Source: Spirochaetia bacterium (GTDB taxonomy: Bacteria > Spirochaetota > Spirochaetia > WTKD01). Taken from it: a stretch of 64,000 nt of DNA. The stretch is from contig OZ251568.1 of NCBI GenBank assembly GCA_965243525.1, forward strand, positions 466,119 to 530,118, in the 5' to 3' direction. This document shows, in pieces, positions 27,827-39,200 of this stretch. The position numbers and the translations under genes are program-made. The notes beneath the pieces were generated by a model. That model searched no databases, had not been told where the DNA came from, and saw only the letters and a program-made list of their open reading frames with translations. Positions within the stretch are counted from its first letter, which is position 1, and each line of letters begins with the position of its first letter.

Positions 27827-27863
27827 GCTAATTTTTGGAAGATATTGTATTTTTAGTGGCTCC

Positions 27864-29525
27864 TTGATAGGCTTCTGTGTGATAAAAAAATCTTGGTCTG
27901 GGTTGCTCTGCTGTATATTTTTTCTCCCTCTCGTACTAGATGCAGAGACAAACAACGAATATGATCAAGCAGCCGCAGAGATAGTTTCTGGGTTGAGCGA
28001 TCAAGAAATAATTGCACAAACGCTGATGGTTGGCTGGGTGGGTATCGATCCCAGTGATGAACTCCTCCAATGGTTGGAAACCCATTCAATTGGTGGCATC
28101 AAGGTGTTTGGGTGGAATGGTACTGATGCTGCACGCCTCAAAAAATCCCTCGCAAGGATGCAGAACATCGCCCAAGAACGTATCCCAGGCCTTCCCCTAT
28201 TAGTTGCAACCGACCAAGAGGGTGGCCTCGTTCGCCATATCAAGGATAATACCGTTGTAACGCCCGGAAATTTTGCAGTAGGGGCTACGAATATGGCGCA
28301 TGAGGCCTATCTCACGGGATATTATATCAATAAAGAACTTGCCGATATTGGCATCACGATGAATTTTTCGCCAACAGTTGATGTATTGGTTGAAAAAAAC
28401 AGCATCATCATTGGTTCACGCGCCTTTTCATCTGATCATGAGACAACCGCTCTCTTGGGAACCGCATATATGAGTGGCAGCCTTGATGCAGGGGTAATTC
28501 CAACAGCAAAGCATTTTCCAGGACATGGAAACACATCGGTTGACAGCCATGGTGCATTACCCATTATTCAAGATGACTATGCCACCCTTTGGAAGCGGGA
28601 TTTTTATCCCTATCGTATGATGATTCCTTCTGGGCTGCCCGCCATACTCATCGGCCATTTGAATTTTCCAAATATCACCCAAAATGACATCCCAAGTTCG
28701 CTTTCCTCCTTCTTCATAAAAGATGTTCTTCGACAGGAACTCAATTTCGATGGCCTGGTCATAACCGACGATTTGTATATGGGGGCAATCTATACCCATG
28801 CGAGAAAGAACGATTGGAGCACCGGCACACTGGTCTTAGAGGCAATTCGAGTGGGCAACGACATGATTTTGTTGTCGCGCACCCCATCTCTTCGTGGAGA
28901 GATTATGCGCACTTTGATGGATGCCTATGCTGAAGATCCCACAATGCGTGAACGCTTTCGAGAGGCCGCTCACCGGGTGATCAAAACAAAATTACTCCAT
29001 GCACGTATTATAGCTCAAGCCAAGGACGTCCCCAATACGACGACCGCACAGCACCATGCTGATCCTCGCACATTCTTTTTTCAAAATGCCCTGCGAAGCG
29101 TTACCGTCATTCGCAAATCCGAGACAAGACCTACGATAAACCCGCATGCAGATATGCTTGTCGTGAGCAATGATTTTGATTTCATTCGTGCAGCCCGAGT
29201 AAAGCTCCCAAATACACGCATTATTTCTTATCGGTCAGACACCGAACTGTCTCTGGTAAAGCAACAAATCGACCGGTATAGCCGGGAGGATACTATTATC
29301 GTATTGTCTGTGATCAACGATGCCTCTTATGCCTTGCTCAACCAGTTAACATCGTACAAGGATCGTCTATACGTCGTCGCAGCATTGAATCCATACCGCC
29401 TTGTGCAGACACAATGGGTGGAAAATGCAATTGCAGTATATGGATGGGGTTTTGAAAGTTATCTTGGGGGCCTTTCAGTGCTGATCGGCGAAATTCCGGC
29501 ATACGGAAGGCTCCCCATCGATTAG
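27864..29525 (+). CDS. nagZ: Secreted glycoside hydrolase family 3 beta-N-acetylhexosaminidase (NagZ-like) with a C-terminal extension.
   Basis: Signal peptide, LLVATDQEGGLVRH, and KHFPGHGNTSVDSH (the NagZ-type His/Asp dyad loop), GLVITDDLYMGA. 553 aa. Confidence 0.75.
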   Translation: MIGFCVIKKSWSGLLCCIFFLPLVLDAETNNEYDQAAAEIVSGLSDQEIIAQTLMVGWVGIDPSDELLQWLETHSIGGIKVFGWNGTDAARLKKSLARMQNIAQERIPGLPLLVATDQEGGLVRHIKDNTVVTPGNFAVGATNMAHEAYLTGYYINKELADIGITMNFSPTVDVLVEKNSIIIGSRAFSSDHETTALLGTAYMSGSLDAGVIPTAKHFPGHGNTSVDSHGALPIIQDDYATLWKRDFYPYRMMIPSGLPAILIGHLNFPNITQNDIPSSLSSFFIKDVLRQELNFDGLVITDDLYMGAIYTHARKNDWSTGTLVLEAIRVGNDMILLSRTPSLRGEIMRTLMDAYAEDPTMRERFREAAHRVIKTKLLHARIIAQAKDVPNTTTAQHHADPRTFFFQNALRSVTVIRKSETRPTINPHADMLVVSNDFDFIRAARVKLPNTRIISYRSDTELSLVKQQIDRYSREDTIIVLSVINDASYALLNQLTSYKDRLYVVAALNPYRLVQTQWVENAIAVYGWGFESYLGGLSVLIGEIPAYGRLPID

Positions 29526-29531
29526 AATTTC

Positions 29532-30002
29532 CTATAGGAACAACACATTGTGCAAAAAGACGTGCGCTATTCCGGCTATCATTGCAATAAGACCTATATA
29601 CTTTGAATATCCAAGCAGTCGATGTTCCTGTTGCACCGTATTTGAAGAACCAGAAAATGTGCTAATGCGCAATATGCATACAACAGCGATAACACCCAAA
29701 CTTACAGCAGGTATGAGATCACCAAAGAAATATGATTTTCCATTTGTCGGTGCTATTATCTTTGCAATAGCAGTTAGGGCCGTTAATCCCGTGATAATAA
29801 TCAAATTCCACCGGTTGTGGAAAAGATTGGTTTGAAGAATCTTTGTTTTTTCTTGGTCAGCTTCCTGATTGGGATCGTTCTGATCCTGTTTTGTATACAG
29901 AAAATAGCCAAGTAATATATTTAATGCACATGCAAGAAAATACGCTGAATACATAGTGACTCCTTTGTTCTGTAGCGTACTAAAGATAATATACTCGGTC
30001 AA
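29532..30002 (-). CDS. Small integral membrane protein of unknown function.
   Basis: 156 aa with 4 hydrophobic helices. Confidence 0.4.
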   Translation of the reverse strand: MTEYIIFSTLQNKGVTMYSAYFLACALNILLGYFLYTKQDQNDPNQEADQEKTKILQTNLFHNRWNLIIITGLTALTAIAKIIAPTNGKSYFFGDLIPAVSLGVIAVVCILRISTFSGSSNTVQQEHRLLGYSKYIGLIAMIAGIAHVFLHNVLFL

Positions 30003-30093
30003 CTCAATACTGTGTATCTTTTTTATTTTATATAAATCTGGATCGAACAGTGGAGTTATTGGTTATGGGTAATACTGCACTCCACGTGACGTC

Positions 30094-31749
30094 TTATGGT
30101 TGGCTCAGATACTGTGCAGTGATTTCAGGAATACGCACTGCGAACCGCGACGAGGGCGGAAATTCGTTTTTTTGAAAAAAATATTGACCGACTCCAAGGT
30201 GCACCAACGCAGCTCCAACGGTTTGCGAAAACAGATCTCCACTGAGGGTCGCAAATCCAGCAATGATGCCTGCTAGCACATCGCCACTGCCTGCACAGGC
30301 AAGGCTCGGACACATCCCATCAACAATTGCTATCGCTTCTTTGTATACGATATGCGTAACATGTCCCTTCAACAACACGATTGCATCGTAGATCTCAGAA
30401 AGGCGCTTGGCAGATGGTATCGGAGCAGTCAAAATGGCATCGGTATCCACCGCAAGCAAGCGAGCACATTCCTTTGGATGGGGTGTCATAATAGTTGGCG
30501 CCGGCCTGTTTCGTATTGCGGCAATGTGGTCTTTGCAATAGATGAAGGCATCAGCGTCAAGGATCACCCCTCCGGACTGATCTATAACTCTTGCAAAAAA
30601 TGCATCTCGTCCCCTTCCCCACCCCGGCCCTATCACGATTGATGCATAGCTCTGTGAACTATCTTCAGAAATGAGGAGTGCCGGATGCTGTGCAATAATT
30701 GCTTGTTGCCAATCAGCAACGGGTTGTTCTTCCTTTCTATTTTTAGTTTCGGGTCCAAATGAAAATCTATCGCTATGCATATGCACCGAACCTGCATAGG
30801 ATGCCAGAGCCGCACTCGCACATAGCTGCGCTGCTCCGGGCATCCTTGGACTTCCTGCACAAACCAACACAGAACCACGTGTGTTTTTATGACTTGATTG
30901 TGGAGGAAGGGTGATTAACCTGCCTAGGTCTTCTAGGTTGAAACGCTGCACTGATGGATCTTTCGGTGGGTGCATTCCATCTTGAGCAGCGGGCTTGGAT
31001 AGATTGGAATTTTCACCATCCTGCGGATTCTCAAGTCGCTGTGCAGCTATATTAGGGATGCATGCTCCATCACGAAGAGGAAAATCAGTTTGGTGAGAAA
31101 GAAAGGGAACCCAGATTGTGGCGATCTTTCCACAATGCCTGCGTACATGGGGTTGATAGAGCAAGACTTTGTTTATACCGATGCAAAGGGTAAGATCTGC
31201 ACGAAAAATTTTTGCCTCTTGATTTACAGATTCCCATGCTCCGGTGGGGATATCGATGGCGATTTTAAACGCATCACTATCGTTGACAGCAGAAATAACC
31301 TGATGATAGATGCCGCCGAGTGGCCGATTTGCCCCTAATCCAATGCAACAATCGATGATACAAGCAGCACGATCAACTAATGCCTGCACCGATTCCAGAG
31401 AAGCCACATCCGATCCAAGGACATGAACATCCTCCATTGACTGGCGCAATCGAGCGTTGAGGCTGTTTTTTGGAGCCTCGGTCATATACAGAAGATCACA
31501 GCGGATGCCACAAGCTCTCAATAGCCGGGCAAGTGACAATCCATCACTGCCGTTGTTTCCATTTCCAATAAGAAAGGCTATGCGCCTGTCATTCGCTCTG
31601 AAAGATTGAATGATGTCGTGATGCAGGAGATATGCAAACAAACCACGCGCCACGTGTTCGACTAATTGCTCTTCGCTGTAGATTCCTTGGTCAAGGATCT
31701 GAGCATCGATGGCTTGCATCTGTTCTGTTGTGACAAGAATTTCACTCAT
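30094..31749 (-). CDS. nnr: Bifunctional NAD(P)H-hydrate repair enzyme Nnr (epimerase + ADP-dependent dehydratase).
   Basis: YjeF-N (RIAFLIGNGNNGSDGLSLARLLR) and a C-terminal carbohydrate-kinase-like domain (LLISEDSSQSYASIVIGPGWGRG...GSGDVLAGIIAG). Confidence 0.85.
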   Translation of the reverse strand: MSEILVTTEQMQAIDAQILDQGIYSEEQLVEHVARGLFAYLLHHDIIQSFRANDRRIAFLIGNGNNGSDGLSLARLLRACGIRCDLLYMTEAPKNSLNARLRQSMEDVHVLGSDVASLESVQALVDRAACIIDCCIGLGANRPLGGIYHQVISAVNDSDAFKIAIDIPTGAWESVNQEAKIFRADLTLCIGINKVLLYQPHVRRHCGKIATIWVPFLSHQTDFPLRDGACIPNIAAQRLENPQDGENSNLSKPAAQDGMHPPKDPSVQRFNLEDLGRLITLPPQSSHKNTRGSVLVCAGSPRMPGAAQLCASAALASYAGSVHMHSDRFSFGPETKNRKEEQPVADWQQAIIAQHPALLISEDSSQSYASIVIGPGWGRGRDAFFARVIDQSGGVILDADAFIYCKDHIAAIRNRPAPTIMTPHPKECARLLAVDTDAILTAPIPSAKRLSEIYDAIVLLKGHVTHIVYKEAIAIVDGMCPSLACAGSGDVLAGIIAGFATLSGDLFSQTVGAALVHLGVGQYFFQKNEFPPSSRFAVRIPEITAQYLSQP

Positions 31750-31754
31750 AGCGG

Positions 31755-32960
31755 TTATTCTTCTTCAATTCCATTTGAAACGTCCCACAAAACGACCTCT
31801 GCTTGAGCTTCACGAATCAACAGGGTGAGTATGTCATCTGTTGCAGTAATCGATGTATGCAGACCAAGGATTTCGCCAATTGGTTCTTGGTGGCGGAGCA
31901 AGACTTTTCCTGTCTGGTTCATACTGATGATTTCGACTTCCTTGCTATCAAGATATCGTATGAAATAAAGATGATTAGATCGAGAAACCCCAACAAACTC
32001 CGCAAGTCCATATCGATCATTCTCTATATCCGCATCGATTTCCTGAGTATACTGTTGCGTCTCTAACGACAATGTATAGATTGAAGAATCAAGGTATTCA
32101 ATTGCATGTATTGCTTGGTTATCCGTGCTTAGTTTTTGTTGATAATAATGGATATGCACGTAGAGCATGTCTCCAGAAAAACGAGGAACAATCAAAGAAA
32201 GTTGGGGGATAATGTTTTCAACAAAGGGAACCGGCAACTCGTTAAGAGGAATCCACACCTCGTAGAGCAGTGAAAAGTTATTTGAATATACGAACACCCG
32301 CTTTTCATCCAGAAAATTAGCAACTACCACGATACCATTGTTTTCGATTGCAAATACAGATTCAATAACGGGAAAGGGCGTTCCTCCCAGCCCCTCTTGG
32401 CCAATGCTCTGCAGAATTTCTCCCTCCGATGAAAAAAGGCGCAATTGATAGGCAAGGCGTACCCCTGTGTTGGGATCAATGTCAATACGATGCGAGGGAA
32501 TTTGTTCTACAACAACAAGCGTAGCATCGCTGAGAACTGTTATCTTTCCAAACAAGGCACTTGAATAGGGCACTGCAAAGGTTGTCGTCTTTTTCGCTGT
32601 ATCAACCTCCTGCAATGAGACCGGATGTAATACCTTGTCGGGGTTGTAATATAATTGCAGCAAATCACCATACGAACTAAGCACCAGAATTTTTGCAGTT
32701 TGTGCATTACTTATATACACAAAGCCATTTGCAAAATGCACGGAAAACTGTTCAGGTATGCCGGGTGCTGCGTCCACATAGAGTTCAAGCTCCTTTTCTT
32801 GTTTGCCATAATTGAGAAAAAACAAAGAGCTAGATGTGATTATTTCAGAAGAAGCAGCGTTACATCCATAGAAGAACAGAAAAAACAGTCCCAGAATTCC
32901 CCATCGAAGCACATTAGCGCGTAATGGAGTTGGTGTTTTGTTGCTACTTCGTTTTATCAT
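31755..32960 (-). CDS. Lipoprotein of unknown function (beta-rich).
   Basis: Signal/lipobox LGLFFLFFYGC-N. 401 aa with no identifiable family motif. Confidence 0.45.
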   Translation of the reverse strand: MIKRSSNKTPTPLRANVLRWGILGLFFLFFYGCNAASSEIITSSSLFFLNYGKQEKELELYVDAAPGIPEQFSVHFANGFVYISNAQTAKILVLSSYGDLLQLYYNPDKVLHPVSLQEVDTAKKTTTFAVPYSSALFGKITVLSDATLVVVEQIPSHRIDIDPNTGVRLAYQLRLFSSEGEILQSIGQEGLGGTPFPVIESVFAIENNGIVVVANFLDEKRVFVYSNNFSLLYEVWIPLNELPVPFVENIIPQLSLIVPRFSGDMLYVHIHYYQQKLSTDNQAIHAIEYLDSSIYTLSLETQQYTQEIDADIENDRYGLAEFVGVSRSNHLYFIRYLDSKEVEIISMNQTGKVLLRHQEPIGEILGLHTSITATDDILTLLIREAQAEVVLWDVSNGIEEE

Positions 32961-32970
32961 GTTCTATAAT
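32941..32970 (+). promoter_or_regulatory. Candidate sigma-70 promoter for leuA-cimA.
   Basis: TTGCTA, 18-nt spacer, TATAAT (32965-32970), 35 nt upstream of the leuA ATG. Confidence 0.3.
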
Positions 32971-33005
32971 ATCGTAGTCTACACTTAGATAGCAAAGGAG
33001 CAGTT

Positions 33006-34508
33006 ATGGATATAGTTCAAATATTTGATACGACATTACGAGATGGCGAACAGTCACCTGGGGCTTCTATGAGCCTAAGTCAAAAGCTAGAGATTGCTCT
33101 TCAGCTAGAGAAACTTGGTGTGGATTGTATCGAGGCGGGATTTCCAATTTCATCGCCTCATCAATTCGATGCATGCAAAAAGATATCTGAGACGGTAAAG
33201 AATTCAACCATTGCAGTGCTTGCTCGGTCTACGCACAAGGATCTTGATGCAGCTGCTGAATCGATACGAGATGCGGCCCGTCCGCGCATTCATACCTTTA
33301 TCAGCACATCACCGATTCATATGAAGTATAAATTAAAGATGGACCCCGAAACGGTTCTGGAACGTATCAAGGATTCAGTGCAATATGCACGAAATCTTGT
33401 TCCTGAGGTGGAGTTTTCTCCTGAAGATGCAACCAGAACTGAGTTTGATTTTCTCTGCAAGGCAGTTGAAATAGCGGTACGGGCTGGTGCTACAATCATC
33501 AACATTCCCGACACCGTTGGGTATACCATTTCAACTGAATATCACAATATTATCACCCTGTTGAAGGAACGCATTCCTGGAATGGAGAATGTTATTCTCT
33601 CTACGCATTGTCACAACGACCTTGGGCTTGCGGTTTCAAATTCATTGGCAGCAGTGCAAGCAGGAGCTCGTCAGATCGAGGTGACAATTAACGGTATCGG
33701 TGAACGAGCCGGGAATACTGCCTTGGAAGAGGTTGTTATGGCACTCTATGTTCGACGAGATGTTCTCAACGTAGAGACTAATATCCAAACAAAATATCTC
33801 TATCCCACTTCTCGACTGCTCTCGCACATAGTGGGCTTTCCCATTGCACGCAATAAGGCAGTGGTTGGAGAAAACGCATTTGCACACGAGGCCGGTATTC
33901 ATCAAGATGGCATGCTCAAAAATCGCGAAACTTATGAGATTATGACTCCAGAAGTCGTTGGAAGAAGCGAGAGCAAAATTGTTTTAGGACGGCATTCCGG
34001 CAAGCATGGACTCAAACATCGGCTGAAGCAACTTGAAATCTCAGTTCCTGAGGAAAATTTTGAAAAACTGTATGAGAATTTTACGGATTTAGCTGACAAG
34101 AAAAAAGAAATATTTGATGAAGACCTCTATTCGTTGATTAGCACGAGTATTGGTTCAGATGCGAACATCTATGAGTTGACTGAATTGAATGTCGTAACAG
34201 AAACCGGAAAAAACGCAACCGCATCGGTGACTGTCAAATCCGCTGAAGAAGTGCTCAAGGGATCTGCAACTGGAGATGGCCCGGTCGCTGCAATATTTGT
34301 TGCTATTGAAAAGGCTATGGGGATCAGCCCAAAACTTGTTGAATTCGATGTGCAGGCAATTACCCCTGGAAAGCAATCTATAGGTGAGGCGTCGGTTATT
34401 ATCACGCATAACAACAAAAAAAGTGCGGGAAGAGGTTCATCGACGGACATTGTTGAGGCAAGTGCGATTGCCTATCTCAATGCAATTAGCCATAGCATGC
34501 TATTGTAA
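33006..34508 (+). CDS. leuA: 2-isopropylmalate synthase.
   Basis: IFDTTLRDGEQSPGASMS...CIEAGFPISSP...HCHNDLGLAVSNSLAAVQAGARQIEVTINGIGERAGNTALEEVVMAL plus a C-terminal LeuA-dimer regulatory domain. 500 aa. Confidence 0.85.
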   Translation: MDIVQIFDTTLRDGEQSPGASMSLSQKLEIALQLEKLGVDCIEAGFPISSPHQFDACKKISETVKNSTIAVLARSTHKDLDAAAESIRDAARPRIHTFISTSPIHMKYKLKMDPETVLERIKDSVQYARNLVPEVEFSPEDATRTEFDFLCKAVEIAVRAGATIINIPDTVGYTISTEYHNIITLLKERIPGMENVILSTHCHNDLGLAVSNSLAAVQAGARQIEVTINGIGERAGNTALEEVVMALYVRRDVLNVETNIQTKYLYPTSRLLSHIVGFPIARNKAVVGENAFAHEAGIHQDGMLKNRETYEIMTPEVVGRSESKIVLGRHSGKHGLKHRLKQLEISVPEENFEKLYENFTDLADKKKEIFDEDLYSLISTSIGSDANIYELTELNVVTETGKNATASVTVKSAEEVLKGSATGDGPVAAIFVAIEKAMGISPKLVEFDVQAITPGKQSIGEASVIITHNNKKSAGRGSSTDIVEASAIAYLNAISHSMLL

Positions 34509-34543
34509 CCAAGGCATTTGCGTTTCAAAACAGTACTGATAGA

Positions 34544-36136
34544 TTGAAAGTATACGAAAAGGACAGTATGAAAAAAATAGCTATATACGACACAACACTG
34601 CGCGACGGATGCCAGGGAGTTGATATAAATTTTTCTTTGGAAGACAAGATCGATATTGCAAAAGAGCTCGATGCGATGCGTATCGATTATATCGAGGGGG
34701 GATTTCCCTTTTCAAATCCAAAAGATAATGCATTCTTCACCCGGGCTGCCTCGATGCATTGGGAACATGCCCGCATTGCATCCTTCGGCAGCACAAGAAA
34801 ACCAGATGCTCGAGCAGAGGATGATGCACAGATTCGCTCCATTCTAGATACGCAAACACCGGTAACGACCATTGTCGGAAAGAGCTGGACCGCCCATGTG
34901 CTTGAGGTCTTGCGAACAACCCTCGATGAAAATTTGCGAATGATTGAAGATTCTGTACGCTTCTTGAAAAGCGAAGGCAGAGAAGTAATTTTTGACGCTG
35001 AGCATTTTTTTGAAGGCTTCTTAAACGATCCAGACTATGCGGTAAAGGTTCTTCGCGTTGCATCAGATGCTGGTGCCGATGTGGTGGTGGTCTGTGACAC
35101 CAATGGCGGCATGCTTTCGCATATGGTGCAGGAAATTCTTGCGCAAGTGCCTAGCGATGCATTATCTGTGCTTGGCGGTCATTTTCATAACGATGCGGGA
35201 ACCGCAGAAGCAAACAGCATTGAAGCTGTATTCGCCGGAGCCCGGCATATTCAAGGAACTATCAATGGATGGGGAGAACGGTGTGGAAACGCTGACCTAT
35301 GCACTTTGATTCCAAGCTTCACCTTGAAGACAGAATTTCAACCCGCTTCTGGCAAATATCTGAACAAACTAACCAGTCTATCGCGGTTTGCCGCTGAAAA
35401 AGCAAATATCATTCACAACAAGCGACTTCCCTATGTCGGTGAGGCAGCCTTCAGCCATAAGGCAGGGCAACATGCAGATGTCATCATCAAATCCGCACAC
35501 CGCATGGAACATATCGATGCATCAATCGTTGGGAATGAACGCCATGTCATCTTGTCAGAACTTGCAGGCAAATCAACAATCATTGCTCGTCTCGAACAAT
35601 ACGGCAACTTTGATAAACAATCCCCTGAGGTAAACGAGTTGATCGAATTATTGGTGCAAAAAGAATCAGAGGGATTTTCATATGAAGCTGCTGAGGCATC
35701 CTTTGAATTGTTGATTATGAAGACCTTGAAAACCTATACTCCACTCCATCAACTACGAAACTACCACATTGAGCTGTTCAAAACCGCAGAAAGCGATAGC
35801 ACGACTGTTGCACGAATGTACCTTAATGTTGAAAATCATGAGGTGATGGGAGCCGGGGTGGGCATTGGCCCGGTTGAAACACTCGATAAGACCATTCGCC
35901 ATGCCCTGGTTCCGCAATATCCATTCCTTGAAAAGATTGCATTGACCGATTATCGAGTGCGTGTCATCGACGGCGAGCACTCCACACAGGCAAAGGTGCG
36001 GGTTTTCATAACTGCGAGTGACCACAAACAATCGTGGAACACCATTGGCGTGCATCAAAATGTCGTCGAGGCATCGTATATGGCATTGATGGATTCCTAT
36101 AATTACTATTTCAACGTGTATAAGAAAGATCTATAG
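34544..36136 (+). CDS. cimA: (R)-citramalate synthase CimA-like (2-isopropylmalate synthase paralogue, TIGR00977-type).
   Basis: IYDTTLRDGCQGVDINFS...IEGGFPFSNP...HFHNDAGTAEANSIEAVFAGARHIQGTINGWGERCGNADL. Length 530 aa, and the HxH/GWGERCGN pattern is typical of citramalate synthases such as those of Leptospira and Methanococcus. Confidence 0.7.
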   Translation: MKVYEKDSMKKIAIYDTTLRDGCQGVDINFSLEDKIDIAKELDAMRIDYIEGGFPFSNPKDNAFFTRAASMHWEHARIASFGSTRKPDARAEDDAQIRSILDTQTPVTTIVGKSWTAHVLEVLRTTLDENLRMIEDSVRFLKSEGREVIFDAEHFFEGFLNDPDYAVKVLRVASDAGADVVVVCDTNGGMLSHMVQEILAQVPSDALSVLGGHFHNDAGTAEANSIEAVFAGARHIQGTINGWGERCGNADLCTLIPSFTLKTEFQPASGKYLNKLTSLSRFAAEKANIIHNKRLPYVGEAAFSHKAGQHADVIIKSAHRMEHIDASIVGNERHVILSELAGKSTIIARLEQYGNFDKQSPEVNELIELLVQKESEGFSYEAAEASFELLIMKTLKTYTPLHQLRNYHIELFKTAESDSTTVARMYLNVENHEVMGAGVGIGPVETLDKTIRHALVPQYPFLEKIALTDYRVRVIDGEHSTQAKVRVFITASDHKQSWNTIGVHQNVVEASYMALMDSYNYYFNVYKKDL

Positions 36137-36215
36137 TATCCGCAAATAATATCTCGATTGATAATTTCTGAGGCTCTGCAAACGAGTTAGGTTCAACACC
36201 ATATCTGACAGAGCA

Positions 36216-39200
36216 TCAATCCTTGTGGACTATCTGTGTTTGGATTATACCAGATTGCAGGTATGCAATCGCCTCGACAGCAGCTTGGAGCCCTTTCACG
36301 GTGGTGATATAGGGAATGTTGTAGCGCAATGCTTCTTTTCTAATATAGGTGTCTTCGTGTTCCTTCATAGGAATGGGTAGGTTTACGACAAGTTGAATCC
36401 GATTGTGGTGCATATAGTTAACAACATTTGGACGCCCTTCATCGGCAGATTGCATGATATCAACGAGGATTCCCTTTTCTAAAAGTGTTTGTGCAAGCGT
36501 GCGTCCGGTTGCTATCTCAAATCCCATAGCGTGCAGTTTCAGCACCGAAGGAATCACCTCTGAAAATCGATCCTCTCCAATTGAAAGAAAGGCACGCCCC
36601 GTCTTGGGCAGGTTCATTCCTGCAGAAATACTTGCCTTTGCAAAGGCTTCGCCGAACGATTCCCCAATCCCTATCGACTCCCCTGTTGATCGCATTTCCG
36701 GACCAAGCCGGGGATCCATCCAATCGAAGCGCGAAAAACTAAACACCGCTTCTTTGACTGCAGAGGCAAATCGAGCATGTCCCACCCCTATTCCATCATG
36801 TTCTATATACGATGTGTCAGCCAAGGATTTTCCTAGCCATACTTCTGTTGCAAGTTCCACCAGAGGAACGCCGGTCACAATCGAAACAAAGGGAACGGTT
36901 CGCGATGCGCGAGGGTTGACCTCTATAACATAGATATCTTGTTCCTTGATTGCAAACTGAATATTGCAACAACCCTTAATGGACAATGCGCGAGTAAGCG
37001 AAACACAGGTTTCCACTATGCGCTGCTCCATCGCACTGTCGAGATCGTGTGGAGGCATAGAACAGGCTGAATCGCCCGAATGGACACCGGCTTCTTCTAT
37101 GTGGTGCAAAATGCCGGCAATATAGACATTATATCCATCTGAAATGATATCCACGTCCAATTCATCTGCAAGATCCAAATATCGCTCCACCAACAACGGC
37201 GATTGTGATGAAATTTTCACTCCATCTTTGATGTATGTTTGCAATTCATGTTCGGTATACACGATACGCATGGCTCTGCCCCCAAGCACAAAGGATGGAC
37301 GCAACAAGATCGGATATCCTATCCTCCGGGCACAGGAGACAAGTTCTGCATAACTTGTGACTGTTTCGTTTTCAGGCTGCCGCAACTGCAATTCCTGCAA
37401 CACTGTTCTAAACCCCGCCCGGTCCTCGCTTCGTTGTATGTCCTCAATGGTCGTTCCCAAAACCCTAATTCCCATGGCTTGAATAAGTGGTGCCATATTC
37501 AAGGCAGCCTGCCCCCCTAGTTGCACCACGACTCCCTTGCATGGTTCGTGCAAAAGTATTTCTCGAATTGCTTCAAAATCTATCGCCTCGATATACAATC
37601 TATCTGCGATGTTAAAATCAGTAGAAACGGTTTCAGGGTTGTTGTTTATGAGAATGCTCGGTACATTGCGTTCTTTGAGCGCAAGCACAGCAAGTGAACA
37701 ACTCGTATCAAATTCAAGCCCCTGTCCAATCCGATTTGGCCCACTCCCAATAATCACCACTGCTCCAGGATCTAGTGGATCACTCTCGTTTAACTCACCG
37801 AAAGCACTGTAATAATAAGGGGTTTGTGCGGGAAATTCACCGGCACAGGTGTCAACAACATGGTATCCAACCTGTATTCCGTGAGATTTTCGTGCATCAA
37901 AAACCGATGCTTCATCACCATCAATGTGCTGCGCAATACAACGGTCCGATAATCCAGATTTTTTGGCGTGTAACAGTGTTTTTTGTGTTAATTCTTGATT
38001 GCCGAGCATGGCCAGAAAAACAGCTTGCTCGCTGATTGCATGCAAAAACCAAGGATGAACACCGCTGAGTTTTGCAAGTTCATCGTGAATTGAATGGCCG
38101 AGTCGATGTGAAAGGGTATACAATGCATGAATATACAACGGATGTCGTCGCTGAATTTTTGAGAACAATTCCTCATAATCATCTGATAAAAGAGTCAGTC
38201 CATCGTATCCGGTATCGGTTGAACGAATCGCCTTGTTCAAAGCAGCGATGAATGTTCGCGCAATTCCCAATGATTCACCAACTGATTTCATTTCAGTGGA
38301 AAGACAGAATGCATCTCCTGAGAACTTGTCTACTTCAAAACGAGGAACTTTCACCGCACAATAATCGAGGGCTGGTTCAAAGCATGCATAGGTTTTTTGT
38401 GTGATTTCGTTTTGAATCTCGTCCAAGCTATACCCAATGGCAATACGCGCTGCGATGCGTGCAATGGGAAATCCAGTTGCCTTACTTGCCAATGCGCTTG
38501 AACGCGAGACGCGCGGATTCATCTCGATCACCACCATACGTGAATTATCTTCATTGAAGGCAAATTGAACATTTGAGCCACCACAATCAACCCCTACTGC
38601 ACGTAAGACCTCTATTGAAGCAGTTCGCATTGCCTGATACTCATCATCCGAAAGGGTCTGTGCTGGAGCAACGGTAATGCTGTCCCCCGTGTGCACCCCC
38701 ATCGGATCTACGTTTTCTATGGAGCAGACCACAACGGCATTGTCTTTGCTGTCTCGAATGACTTCCATCTCGTATTCCCGCCATCCAATGAGAGATTCTT
38801 CAATAAGCAAGCTCTGGTTTGGAGAGGCACGAAATGCTTCTGCAACGTATCGCCTGAATTCAGAACCTTCCCGAACGATGCGCCCACCGAGTCCACCAAG
38901 GGTGAAGCTGGGGCGAATAATCATCGGAAAGCCAATCTCTGCTGCAGCATCGTTTGCTTCTTGAACCGAACGAACATAATGCGCATGCGGTACATCGAAG
39001 CCATTGTTTATCATAAGTTCCTTGAATGCACCCCTGTCCTCTGCGAGACGAATCGCTTGCGGATCTGCACCAATGAGTTCTATTCCATGCTTCTCAAGAA
39101 TTCCCGCATCGTGGAGTGCAATGGATACATTCAAAGCAGTTTGCCCGCCCATGGTTGCAAGCAAGGCATCTGGTTTTTCCTTGATGAGGATGTCTTCAAG

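Noticed and set aside
30003-30093. Inverted repeats (actgcac...gtgcagt; cacgtg; gacgtc) between nnr and the downstream membrane-protein gene.
   Set aside because: The arms are far apart (about 35 nt), there is no U-tract, and no promoter match. Insufficient to call a terminator or operator.
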